From NCBI RefSeq assembly GCF_001194135.2, contig NC_068989.1:8818902-8882901 (forward strand): DNA of 64,000 nucleotides, given 5' to 3'. The notes beneath the pieces were generated by a model, which ran no database searches, was not told where the DNA came from, and saw only the letters and a program-made list of their open reading frames with translations. Both the position numbers and the translations under genes were made by a program. Shown here one piece after another: positions 39,730 through 52,171 of this stretch; within the stretch, counting starts at the first letter, position 1; the number at the start of each line of letters is the position of its first letter. The DNA comes from Octopus bimaculoides. Lineage: Eukaryota.

Positions 39730-40215
39730 NNNNNNNNNNNNNNNNNNNNNNNNNNNNNNNNNNNNNNNNNNNNNNNNNNNNNNNNNNNNNNNNNNNNNNN
39801 NNNNNNNNNNNNNNNNNNNNNNNNNNNNNNNNNNNNNNNNNNNNNNNNNNNNNNNNNNNNNNNNNNNNNNNNNNNNNNNNNNNNNNNNNNNNNNNNNNNN
39901 NNNNNNNNNNNNNNNNNNNNNNNNNNNNNNNNNNNNNNNNNNNNNNNNNNNNNNNNNNNNNNNNNNNNNNNNNNNNNNNNNNNNNNNNNNNNNNNNNNNN
40001 NNNNNNNNNNNNNNNNNNNNNNNNNNNNNNNNNNNNNNNNNNNNGCATATATTTATTTATATGTACAATATTGTGCATATTGTACACACACACACACACA
40101 CACATACACACATAAATATCTAAATATATATACATATATGCTTGCGTATATATGTGTGCATGCGTCTTTCTATCGCTTCATACGGAAACATCCTCGTGTG
40201 TGTGTGTGTGTGTGT

Positions 40216-40250
<35 letters not shown>

Positions 40251-40807
40251 ATTGCTCCGAAGTCATTGTTAATGAAATTAAAAATTGTCAATCGATGGAA
40301 TTTTTGTCCGCCCGTTTCTTTCGTTTACGGTTTTTCTTTCATCATTTCATTCCTCTTTTCCTTCTTATTTTTCTTCATCTATTTCTCCTCCACCACCCCA
40401 TCCTTCCTTCTTTCCTCCTCCCTCCTTCCCTCTTCCACCCTCCTACTCTTCTTCCCTATTAAATATTCACTGCTTAGTTTCTTAGCCATTTAGTCAAGCT
40501 TCTTCTCTCTTCGTTTCTTCATGTTTTTCTAGTTATCATTTATTTTATTCGATCCTATTTTACCTCATTCCTTCTTTTTTGTTGTCTGCATGGTTTTATA
40601 CATCGGCAAATGATTCTAATTTCCATTTCTGAAGATTGTTATGACATTTCTAAGACTGTAAGCAGAATTCTAAGTGTTTTGTTGCCGTAAACAATGAGTG
40701 AATGAGAGAATGGAACAATGGACCAACTACACAACCATTGACGAAAATATGTTCCTTCCATTGTACCAATGATGTTCATGGTGTTGGGTTTTTATTACAA
40801 CCTCTCC

Positions 40808-40851
<44 letters not shown>

Positions 40852-41171
40852 NNNNNNNNNNNNNNNNNNNNNNNNNNNNNNNNNNNNNNNNNNNNNNNNN
40901 NNNNNNNNNNNNNNNNNNNNNNNNNNNNNNNNNNNNNNNNNNNNNNNNNNNTATATATATATATATATATATATGAACTCTACATAGTTTTTCTCTCTCC
41001 GTGTTGTTTTTCATTCTCACTCCATTTTCTTCCTCTTATTTCTTTCTGTCGAAGAGCGTAGGCTCGAAATGTAAAACACTGTTCCATTTTTCCCGAGCGT
41101 TAAACTAATATACGTGCTTGTTGTTCTTACACTAGTCTTCGTCTTTTGTTTTTCTATAAATTTGAACGATA

Positions 41172-41203
<32 letters not shown>

Positions 41204-42600
41204 CATAATATAAATATATAATATATATATATGTATATATGTATATATAGTACCCTTTCCACCCCGCTCCCCGTAGATAGGTATGTACCACTAATTATTA
41301 TAGGTATTTTAATTGTACAACTAAATTTTTCAGTCGGTCGAAAACTTTTCAGAGGGGTAGCGTGTAACATCAATTGGTATGTCCTTATTTTCTCTTTTTC
41401 TTTTTCTTTTCTTATTCGTTATTTTCCCGCTCTGGTGAAGTTCCTCTTTTTAAGTTGATATAATTATCAACAGTAATAATAATTATTATTGTCATAATTA
41501 AGCCTGATTGTTCCCAAAATGGCACGAGCAGAAACAGCTGTTAGATGAGATATTGTCTTTTTTTGTAATCAATAAATAATAATTGATGTTTATCAATTAT
41601 TTATCTCCATTTTCTTATTTTTCCTTATATATATATACATACAATCGTCACTAACTGACTAGGAATACAATTCTGTATTTCTGAGATGAAGAATTTTTAT
41701 ATAATGCATTAGTGAGAGTGGTATCCTCAACCTGGATTTCACTTTTTTCGCTACGTTTCAGTTCTGTATTCTCCAGCCTTCTTCGGGAGTCTCGTGATTC
41801 ACTTTAGTGCCTTGCCTGGGATTGAACTCAGACTAATAAGTAATATAAAATCTGGGAAATTTGGAGAATTTTATATTCCATGTCATACGTGTTTCATTAC
41901 AGTATAGGAAATACATAGACACAGAGAATGAGAAACAGAGAAGTTGTGCGTGTGTGAGTCTATGTATCCCAAACGTGTATGCACGCGCAAGTGTATTGTA
42001 TAGACATATGAACGTATATATTTCTACTGTGTGTAACGTCTATCTCTGAATATCACCTGTATTTCTATATACCATAGACATGCAATATGGTTTCTAGTTT
42101 ACATCGTCTGCTTTCACTAACAACCCACTCCTGCTTCTTTTATGTAATATAAACCATCTCTATCACATTGAAACAGACTGTTAGTTCATAATATTATTTC
42201 ATATAAACAAATTTACCAAAATAGCTATGCACTACTTTAAATAATATAAAGTAATTATAGCTTAATGCTATATTTTTTAATCAAATTAGCATAGAGTCTA
42301 TTGTTTAATCCCCCGGGCTCTTTTTCGTTACATAAATTCACTCGGATAACATCCCCTCAATGTTAAATCAATGGTTTTCTTTAAATCAATTTTTGTTATA
42401 AACAAATTCGTTTGTATACTTATAATTACGAATATTTTCTACTTTTGCACATTATTAACTTTGCCCAGTATCACTGTTGTCATATTTAATAGCCACAAAT
42501 GTTATTATTATTCTGCACGCTGCCGACGATATATTAAATAAAACTCATCCATTATTTTAACAGATTTCATAATCAAATTTCCTTTTTGCTTCCCTAATAA

Positions 42601-42810
42601 CCTTTTCCACTAAAAGCACAAAGCCTGGAATTTGTGGGTCGGTGGAATGGTCAATCACTTCGACCACAGTACTTGACTAGTACTCAGTATATCGACCCAG
42701 AGAAGATCAAAGGCAAAGTCGACCTCGGCGGAATTTGAACTCCGTAAAGACGGACGAAATGCCGCTAAGCATTTTGCCCGACGTGCTAACGATTCTGCCA
42801 GCTCGCCTCC
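42601..42810 (-). mobile_element. SINE family A copy with 17-bp target-site duplication
   Basis: TTTTGCTTCCCTAATAA at 42584-42600 and 42811-42827 flanks a full-length reverse-orientation copy. Confidence 0.9.
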
Positions 42811-42956
42811 TTTTGCTTCCCTAATAATGCTTCATTATGCATTTAAGGTCAATAAACGTTGACCTTTTAGCCTTGTTAACCCTTTTTTCAATAAACTTCA
42901 ATTTTATTAACATAGCAGTTCCATTCACAAATTGTCACTTTACAGCTGTTGTTAGC

Positions 42957-43330
42957 ACTCCGTCGCTTACGACGTCGGGGGTTCCAGTTGATCCGATCAA
43001 CGGAACAGACTGCTCGTGAAATTAACGTGCAAGTGGCTGAGCACTCCACAGACACGTGTACCCTTAATGTAGTTCTCGGGGATATTCAACGTGACACAGC
43101 GTGACAAGGCTGAGCCTTTGAATTACAGGTACAACAGAAACAGGAAGAAAAGTGAGAGAAAGTTGTGGTGGAAGAGTACAGCAGGGTTCGCCACCATCCC
43201 CTGCCGGAGCCTCGTGGAGCTTTAGGTGTTTTCCGCTCAATAAACACTCACAACGCCCGGTCTGGGAATCGAAACCGCGATCCTATGACTGCGAATCCGC
43301 TGCTCTAACCACTGGGCTATTGCGCCTCCA
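42957..43330 (-). mobile_element. tRNA(Arg)-like-headed SINE family C, full length
   Basis: Minus-strand head TGGAGGCGCAATAGCCCAGTGGTTAGAGCAGCGGATTCGCAGTC...GGTTTCGATTCCCAG; body GTTGATCCGATCAACGGAACAG. tRNA-Arg-derived SINEs (OR1/OR2) are described in octopus; exact family assignment needs a library comparison. Confidence 0.85.
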
Positions 43331-43339
43331 CTCACTTTA

Positions 43340-43530
43340 CAGTAAACCCTCGCCATATCGCAGTTCACCTATCGCGAGTCAACTATCGCGATTTGTTACT
43401 TAAACTTACGTCGATTCCTCTGTGGTGTTGTCTTCCATTTATAATAAAATAAATATACTCAAATTATATACTTAATATAAAAATATACATTACAGTACTG
43501 TTTCTGCTTCGCGGATTTTCACCTATAGCG
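43340..43530. mobile_element. Tigger/pogo-like MITE fragment
   Basis: TA|CAGTAAACCCTCGCCATATCGC left TIR; repeated CTATCGCG motifs; truncated right subterminal CGCGGATTTTCACCTATAGCGG. Confidence 0.5.
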
Positions 43531-44185
43531 GGGTTACAACCAACATTTATTACATTTATTTCCCTTGATTGAAAAATCACTATAAATCTTACAATTCTTC
43601 TTATAAATTCAGACAAAACAAATCATATTTATAATACTTGAAATCGTTCTGCATACATTACTATGGCTTTTTCCAAAGAATATTTTGTCGAAAGAAAGAT
43701 GTTTTCCAACGAAATATACGACAGTAATCAGCATGTCCACGCTCAAATCTGCCAGAAATTACTGAAAATATTCGATAAAGTATTGCTTGGATTTTCGCTG
43801 CTTTGCTGCACCCCATGAATTACTTTCAGCTTGGCAAACATTAAAACGCATCAGTAAATAATTTATTTGCTGATTTCTTTAAGGAAGAGCCTATGTTTTT
43901 TTTAGATTCATCAGGCCGGTGGGATAGCCTTGACTGAAGAGACACACAACAAGGTCGAAAAAAAGCAGTCGCTCAAAGTACTCTTACATCAATGAAACAC
44001 GAGAACTATGAGCACAAATAACCAAAAGATAAGAGATATTTTCCGATGAGGATAAACGACTGTGATAAGATATTCACGTTCGAATCTCCCAGGACGTATA
44101 ATTTTCTTCTTTTTTTTTTTTTTTTNNNNNNNNNNNNNNNNNNNNNNNNNNNNNNNNNNNNNNNNNNNNNNNNNNNNNNNNNNNN

Positions 44186-44237
<52 letters not shown>

Positions 44238-44753
44238 AAGTGTGTGTGAGTATTTCTTTATGCCTCTCTATCTCTCAGTCTGTCAAATGTATTTAAGTAA
44301 ATCTTACATTATCTTCTCTATCTGTCTGTTTTCCTCTGTGTATGACTCTCTCTCTCTCTCTCTCTCTCCCTTTTTCTTTCTCTCACTCTCTATCTCTTCC
44401 TCTTTCTCTCTCTCTCTCACTCCCTCCCTATCTCTTTCTCTCTCGCCATAGATTTTCTTCTCTCTTCTTACTCCCACCTCTTCATGCTTACACACAAGCA
44501 CACATGCATATTTATGTAAGTGCATATGCATAACAATATGCATACATATAGGTATAGATATTTGTATATATTCCTGCATACATACGTGCATGTGTATGTG
44601 TGTGTGCGTTTGTGCGTGTGTATACATGCGTGTATATGTGCTTTCATGTGCGATGATCAATATATCACACCATACAAGTACATAGATGGATGAAAAGAAA
44701 GAAAGAGATAGATAGATAGAGAGATAGATAAATATCTATCTATCTATCTCTTT

Positions 44754-44847
<94 letters not shown>

Positions 44848-45993
44848 TATATATATATATATATATATACATACATACACACACATGTATACATTCATAT
44901 ATATGTGTGTGTATATGTGTGTGTGTATGTGTGTGTGTATGCATGTATCGATATTGATCTATATTTTCTTTTGATTTTCCTATTTTTCTGTGTCTATGCG
45001 TATATGTGTGTAAGCATATATATATGTGTGTGAATGCGTGTATACATGCGCGTGTGTGTGTGCGTGCGCACGCACGTTTGTGTTTTTACATACGTATTAG
45101 TGTTAGTGTTTGTGTGGTATGTGTTTATTATACTTTACAAGTGACACATAAGACTTCATCGATTAATCTAATCCCTAGAGAATTTAATGGATGAATATAT
45201 ATACACACGCATATATTTAAATGCACTGAATAAAACACATACGCATATATATATATGCATATATATATATACATGCATACATACATACATTCATATATAC
45301 GTTGATATATACATGCATGTATAAATTTACGTTTTATAAACGTTGATGCTGAATAGGGTGTTTGCCAAAGATCTTAACTCAGTCTATCGTAGTTTCAGTG
45401 TAAACATCACAATCTCTATAAAAGACACTCTATCAGAAGAACAAGCTGAAAGCTTCTTGAAGTCTATATGGAGAAGAAATGATAAGTTCGACAAACAAAG
45501 CTGCTTTGCTAGAAGTTGAAGACAAAAGAAGGCCACCACCACGACGAAGACGACGACACGGGTGGCGGAGCCGACGGCGGTAGTGATGAAGAAGAAGAAG
45601 AAGAAGAAGAAGAAGAAGAAGAAGAAGAAGAAGAAGAAGAAGAATAGTGGGTCTACTGCTAGCTTGTTGGACAAAAACTATATGAAATGAATGGTTTAAT
45701 ACTGGAACCGGTTCTAAAGAAATGACAAACATAAAATTGTATAAAATTCCCTTGGCCGAGATATTTGTACAAGAATTTCGCGTTTTATCACTAAAGTTGG
45801 TAACACTGTATGGAAAACGAATCAGGAGTATATTATACGTGTCCAAACGGTTGACCATTGCTGTTACTTTTTTGTTCTTTGCAGAAATAACCAAATCATC
45901 GAAGTTAGAATAATTACAACCCCTGTCCTGTCTTAATATCATGCATAATACATATTTCCACAAATATGAGCAGACTGGGAGAAAGGCAATTAT

Positions 45994-46159
45994 TACAGGA
46001 GTCATCTCGTACAATAACAGGAGTCATCTCGTACAATAACAGGAGTCATATCGTGTAATAACAGGAGTCATCTCGTGCAATAACAGGAGTCATCTCGTGC
46101 AATAACAGGAGTCATCTCGTGCAATAACAGGAGTCATCTCGTGCAATAACAGGAGTCAT
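45994..46159. repeat. 22-bp minisatellite, ~7.5 copies
   Basis: Unit AACAGGAGTCATCTCGTGCAAT starting at 45994, 46016, 46038, 46060, 46082, 46104, 46126 and 46148 (partial); no spacers. Confidence 0.95.
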
Positions 46160-46843
46160 TATCTTATTAATCAGCAAAACGGGAATGTATTCACACCTTT
46201 AAAGAAATACAAGTAGAACGATCTACAAAAAAAGTAGCATATGTTGTAAATACAACAGAGCTGATGTTGTTCTATGGAATAACGGACAAAAGCTATGCAC
46301 ACAGCTGAGTTCAGTAGGTTTAAAACTGTAAAGAAAGAAATCATTTACGTTGAACTGATTCGGAACTTATGACACTTGTACCCTGGATACACAATCTTAC
46401 TGAGTCTATTAACATAGATGTAGTGGGTTATGTAACAGCAGATTTCCTAAGATGCGTGGAAACACTGGGATTTCCAAATAAAGAACAAAGTAAACAGTTT
46501 TGCATCTTCTAAATCCAATCGATTAATAGTAGAGTAAAAATTTACAAGACATATCAAAGGTTCTCCGATTAAGGTTTCCTAGAATGTGTTGATATAAGGA
46601 CTCATACCAATCAGTCTACAGTCCATAGATTGCACACAAAAAAAAACATAAGAACTTCACGGCTGGAACGCCTTTAATCGTAGACCTGTCTACTCACTCA
46701 GAACTGGCCTAGGATAAACAGCAACAAAAACAGTGACTACTGCAACTGCAGTCACCACTAGCACTAACCGCTATACTATAATCACATGATCCACCATATA
46801 TTGCCTGAATATAAGGCGAAATGGTTGTGGCCACATTTCTTTT

Positions 46844-47105
46844 ATCATAGGTTTATTAGATCGAGACTGACCTGGGGTTAAAACACCAGCAGCAACACTA
46901 ACATCAGCACCATAATAACTTCATAATAGGTTTGCTGGACCGAGACTGACCTCGGGTTAAAACGCCAATGATAACACCTACACTAACACCATCAGAATTT
47001 TATCATAGATTTATTGGATCATGGCTGACCTCGGGTTTAAACGCCAACACCGTCGTAATTTCATCAGAGGTTTGTTGGATTAGGACTGACCTTGGATTAA
47101 ATCTC
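46844..47105. repeat. degenerate ~79-bp tandem repeat (4 cores)
   Basis: Core ATCATAGGTTT(A/G)(T/C)TGGA(T/C)CGAGACTGACCTCGGGTTAAAAC(A/G)CCA at 46844, 46923, 47002 and 47063; a more diverged copy at ~46676. Confidence 0.75.
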
Positions 47106-47512
47106 TCCCCCAACACCATCATATATCAACACATTTCAATTCCTTTGAAACTGTAATATCGATTAGCAGGTACTGGTTCGGTGCGGTTGTGGGGTAAAAA
47201 GAAAAGAACCTAAGGAATCTTACCAATAGTTTGGTGCCATTGTGTTTTGTGTGCTCACTAGAAGTTGCGTAGCATTGATGTAATTTTTATAAACTTCGTG
47301 CTAATTAGCAAATTAACTGGAATTATTCTATAATGCTGAATTCTTATTCTTCATTCGATATTTGCGATTACTGCGGATATGCGTATGTTCATATGTATCG
47401 ATATATACATATGTATACATACATCACACATACATATGCATACACAGATATATATGTTTATATACACATAATGTATGTATATATATATATATATATATAT
47501 ACTTTTATGCAG

Positions 47513-47543
<31 letters not shown>

Positions 47544-47755
47544 TAGTTATGGTGTATTCTGTTAAGAACACAGTAGAGTAAAAAGCTCGTCCACCTTCAG
47601 ATTTACCCTGTACTATCCAGTCGTAGTATTATGCGTACTTCCAGGTTTGCGTTTGGGCATCTGTCGTGTGTGAATATATACTTGAAAAAATTGAAGACAA
47701 CAAGAAGGAGTACGTTCTATATTTAAGAGATGAGGAATTATGTACAGTATTTACA

Positions 47756-47933
47756 TTATTTACATTATTTACATTCGACGGATATTTGTCCTCATCTTGT
47801 TTGTTGTTAACACAACGTTTCGAAATTTCCCCAAGACACCTGAAGAAGGCTGGAGGGTATATCAGCCGAAACGTTGTGTTAACAACAAACAAGATGAGGA
47901 CAAATATCCGTCAAATGTAAATAATGTAAATAA
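47756..47933. repeat. 67-bp inverted repeat (Penelope-like inverted terminal duplication)
   Basis: 47756-47822 is the reverse complement of 47867-47933 with one mismatch; 44-nt spacer. Confidence 0.9.
47835..47880 (+). ncRNA. minimal type I hammerhead ribozyme motif (Penelope-type)
   Basis: Stem I GACAC/GTGTT; CTGAAGA plus one extra A; stem II GGCTG/CAGCC with 10-nt loop; GAAAC; palindrome AACGTT; predicted cleavage after 47875. Confidence 0.6.
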
Positions 47934-48196
47934 GGAGGAGTACGATTGGGTATTTATTTTTTAATCGTTACAGTTGTTTCCACGCAACGTAGTTCACCAG
48001 GCGTGCAGGTACTTGATTATGCAACTGTTTTCCTGCATTATGAGATCTGCTTGTGTTTTCTCAGCGTATATGTAAATATTGTCTCCGTGAGTTCAAAATC
48101 CTCGGCTTCAGGAACATCCTCGATGTCTGACGTATATTCTCATTGCGAATATACTGGCAATGAGGTAGCAACATTTGAAATATTGTCCAGGTAAAG

Positions 48197-48265
48197 CCAG
48201 CTGATGAAGACTAATCAAATTTACGATGACAAACGTATTTGAAGAGTCCGAAACCTAGATACTGG
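48197..48265 (+). ncRNA. degenerate hammerhead ribozyme motif
   Basis: CCAG-CTGATGA-aGACT...AGTCc-GAA-ACCTAGaT-A-CTGG. Two mismatches: A.C at the base of stem II, and ACCTAGAT instead of palindromic ACCTAGGT. Confidence 0.4.
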
Positions 48266-48510
48266 ATTATCCGATTCTGGGGTGTCCATTTATATAATGT
48301 TATTCCTAGAGGTAAGACAAAATTTCTTTATGTTTGCTACCTTTACACATCTTTGCCAGTATATACACATTGAAGCTTCACTATAGCGTCGTAAATGTAT
48401 CGACTGCTATTTCCAGTAAACATTGGTGCTTTGTTGTATCACTACTCTCTCTCTATCTTTCTCTCTCTCTCTCACTCTCTCTCTCTCACTCTCTCTCTCT
48501 CACTCTCTCC

Positions 48511-48542
<32 letters not shown>

Positions 48543-48545
48543 ATT

Positions 48546-48695
48546 ATGACGGACTTCTTTCAGCTTCCCTCGACCAAACGACTCATAAGACTTTTGTTGG
48601 CTTAAGCTTATAGAAGATTCTTGCCCAACGTACCACACAGTGGGACCTGAATTCGGAACTATGTGGTTAGTAAAACAAACTTCTTACCACACAGG
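48546..48695 (-). mobile_element. SINE family B copy (diverged)
   Basis: GACGGACTTCTTTCAGCTTCC...CTTCTTACCACACAG. Confidence 0.65.
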
Positions 48696-48750
48696 CAGAT
48701 TGATAGACAGCAAATGTATGCATAAATATATGTGTTTTTGTGAATGTATG

Positions 48751-48954
48751 TAGGAGAGGATGCCGAAAAGTTCCTCGTTTTGGGTAAAAGAAAATATAAG
48801 ATTTTATTCAACATATTCCTCTCTCAGGTTTACACACTTATGGCACCGATCCTTCAGTTTTTCTAAGCTCCATAAAAGAACTCGGGAAGTTGAGCCTCAA
48901 ACCAGGCCTTCCGCGATACTCTTAAAATCAGGAACTTTTCAGCGTCTCCTCGCA
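48751..48954. mobile_element. mariner-like MITE
   Basis: Ends GGAGAGGATGCCGAAAAGTTCCT ... AGGAACTTTTCAGCGTCTCCTCG form imperfect TIRs; ~200 bp; no ORF. Confidence 0.6.
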
Positions 48955-49374
48955 TGTATATACGTATTCATGTATGTATGTATTACGTGTGTAAGCAGGT
49001 TGGTATTAGATTTATCTGCGTGGATGGATTTTGTGTGCTATCGTCGTTGGCGAAGTGTTACTGCGGTTGGATATGAATGATTCGCTAAATCACCAATCAG
49101 TGAAATGTCTGCATAATTCATGCGTTGTTTTATGGATAATTTCCCTGTTTGTTTCAAGTGATTTCCTAATTTAGCATTGTATGTGCATGGGAAATACCAT
49201 TTTACCATTCCATTGATCAATCATATTAAGACCTGCATTCATGTATACACGCATATATACATTTACATGTGTGTGTGTGTCTGTATCTGTGTGTGCATGC
49301 ATACACACATACATACATATATAAATAATACAAACATACATACATAAATACACACACACACACACACATACATA

Positions 49375-49560
49375 TTTGGTGATCAGGCAAAATCGTTAAG
49401 CACGTCAGACAAAACGTTTAGTGCCATGTCTTTCGGCTCCAAACGTTCTGAGATCAAATCCAGCTGAGGTCGAGGTTACTTTTCATTCCTTCAGTTCCAA
49501 TGAGTACTGGGGTCGATGTAATCGACTTGCTCCCTCCATTCAAAATTGCTGGCCTTCAAC
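49375..49560 (+). mobile_element. SINE family A copy (diverged)
   Basis: GGCAAAATCGTTAAGCACG...GTTCTGAGATCAAATCCAGCTGAGGTCG...GGGGTCGATGTAATCGAC. Confidence 0.7.
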
Positions 49561-51078
49561 CCTGCAACGGGCCTGTGTCCCGTTCGAGAGTAACCGGCTT
49601 TATGAGTCCAAGAGCTCAACACACGCACACACAGATACATACGCGCACACACACACAAACACACATACACAGACACACATACACACGCACACACGCTCGC
49701 ATATGGATGGATGGATGTATGGATGGATGTATGGATGAATGTCATTTATCTCGAAGCTAACCTTACTACGAATGAATAGCTTCTAAATGTAATAATATAT
49801 CGGATCAAACCCCACTCCGCAGCATGGAAAGAGGGCCAGAGGCTAACCGCATTACACAAACCAGACATTACGTCCTTCAAGTTCTACGGGTAGCTTTTAG
49901 CCATTTCTTTCTGTCAAAGGTGCGTGCTATTAACTCGGTTGATATCTTCTAGACTATTGTTTGTAGCTCTGTCTGCTTCGAGACACACCATTAAATGATT
50001 TAAACATTTTTCTGCGCTTTAACATGTGTTTTATATGTAAATATATCTATATATATATATATGTATACATACTTGTATATGTATGTATGTGTGTGTATGT
50101 ATACATATACATACACATACATACTTACATACATACATACATACATACATATATACATATGTATGACTGGATTGATGGGTAGGTGGATGTTTGTATTTAT
50201 GTGTGTATGTATGCATGTATGTATATATNNNNNNNNNNNNNNNNNNNNNNNNNNNNNNNNNNNNNNNNNNNNNNNNNNNNNNNNNNNNNNNNNNNNNNNN
50301 NNNNNNNNNNNNNNNNNNNNNNNNNNNNNNNNNNNNNNNNNNNNNNNNNNNNNNNNNNNNNNNNNNNNNNNNNNNNNNNNNNNNNNNNNNNNNNNNNNNN
50401 NNNNNNNNNNNNNNNNNNNNNNNNNNNNNNNNNNNNNNNNNNNNNNNNNNNNNNNNNNNNNNNNNNNNNNNNNNNNNNNNNNNNNNNNNNNNNNNNNNNN
50501 NNNNNNNNNNNNNNNNNNNNNNNNNNNNNNNNNNNNNNNNNNNNNNNNNNNNNNNNNNNNNNNNNNNNNNNNNNNNNNNNNNNNNNNNNNNNNNNNNNNN
50601 NNNNNNNNNNNNNNNNNNNNNNNNNNNNNNNNNNNNNNNNNNNNNNNNNNNNNNNNNNNNNNNNNNNNNNNNNNNNNNNNNNNNNNNNNNNNNNNNNNNN
50701 NNNNNNNNNNNNNNNNNNNNNNNNNNNNNNNNNNNNNNNNNNNNNNNNNNNNNNNNNNNNNNNNNNNNNNNNNNNNNNNNNNNNNNNNNNNNNNNNNNNN
50801 NNNNNNNNNNNNNNNNNNNNNNNNNNNNNNNNNNNNNNNNNNNNNNNNNNNNNNNNNNNNNNNNNNNNNNNNNNNNNNNNNNNNNNNNNNNNNNNNNNNN
50901 NNNNNNNNNNNNNNNNNNNNNNNNNNNNNNNNNNNNNNNNNNNNNNNNNNNNNNNNNNNNNNNNNNNNNNNNNNNNNNNNNNNNNNNNNNNNNNNNNNNN
51001 NNNNNNNNNNNNNNNNNNNNNNNNNNNNNNNNNNNNNNNNNNNNNNNNNNNNNNNNNNNNNNNNNNNNNNNNNNNNNN

Positions 51079-51127
<49 letters not shown>

Positions 51128-51428
51128 TTGTGTCTTTATGTGTGTGTTTGTGTTATACTTTTGAAGAATTCTATTGAGGAGTTAAATAAACGACTTAGGG
51201 AAATACAAATGAATGCTATGTCGTCTCACAGAATTAATAACAAAAAACAACTCGAGGCGAATACATTAAAATAAGTTAAATATATTAAATAATGCATTTA
51301 TAATATTTATTTATTTTGATATATATTTGCTTTGTGCTGTTATAGACTACATCATTTAGTAACTGTTTTATGACACTCAAACGTTTGTATGTATGCGTGT
51401 GTATGTCCCTGAGTATGAAGGTATGCAT

Positions 51429-51528
<100 letters not shown>

Positions 51529-51641
51529 GAAACAGAGAAAACTAGAAAACAGTTCTGCATATATCAGCAAATATGTTTATACATAAATATACGCATAGTT
51601 GTGTGTGCGTTTGTGTGTGTATCTATGTATATTTGTATGTC

Positions 51642-51676
<35 letters not shown>

Positions 51677-51698
51677 ATGTGCATGTGTATATATATGT

Positions 51699-51729
<31 letters not shown>

Positions 51730-52071
51730 GTATTTATTATATGTATCATACTATATATTATTAGACTGACTAAAATATTTAAATGTATAATATATGGGCG
51801 CATGTGTGCTAGTGTGTGTATGCGTGTGTATGAGTGTATGTGTATTCATATATTCATATACATATGCATATATACATACCTATACGCACATATACTTACA
51901 CTATAGTTATATATGCATGTACGCATATATATTTGCACACACATACATTCATACATACATGCTTTATGTACAGCATATTTTGAGAGAAACTAAGATTTTT
52001 CACACATAAATATTCGTAGGCATAGCACAAATCTACATACATACAAATATACATGCGTACATTCATGCATA

Positions 52072-52112
<41 letters not shown>

Positions 52113-52122
52113 NNNNNNNNNN

Positions 52123-52171
<49 letters not shown>

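Noticed and set aside
43270-43330. tRNA gene
   Set aside because: The tRNA-like A/B boxes are the head of a SINE that continues into a repeated body; no complete cloverleaf. The same applies to the other SINE heads.
43930-43976. CTGAAGA-GAC...GTC-GAAA hammerhead-like string
   Set aside because: Stem II is only 3 bp, and stems I and III cannot be formed in register with an NUH triplet.
45433-46014. 193-aa minus-strand ORF with FDDLVI resembling an RT YADD motif
   Set aside because: No upstream QG..LSP motif, and the ORF runs from a minisatellite into (CTT)n; most likely chance.
45994-46159. CRISPR array
   Set aside because: Head-to-tail 22-mers with no spacers; a minisatellite.
46844-47105. 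CRISPR array
   Set aside because: Eukaryotic intron, diverged repeats, linkers related to each other and low in complexity, and no cas genes.
22781-51274. Long ORFs in the track spanning X runs (22781, 24715-24759, 26473-26594, 39513-39581, 50061-50191)
   Set aside because: They only read through N gaps (about 22916-23517, 24778-25430, 26616-27193, 39730-40044, 50229-51078). Hidden content in these gaps cannot be assessed.
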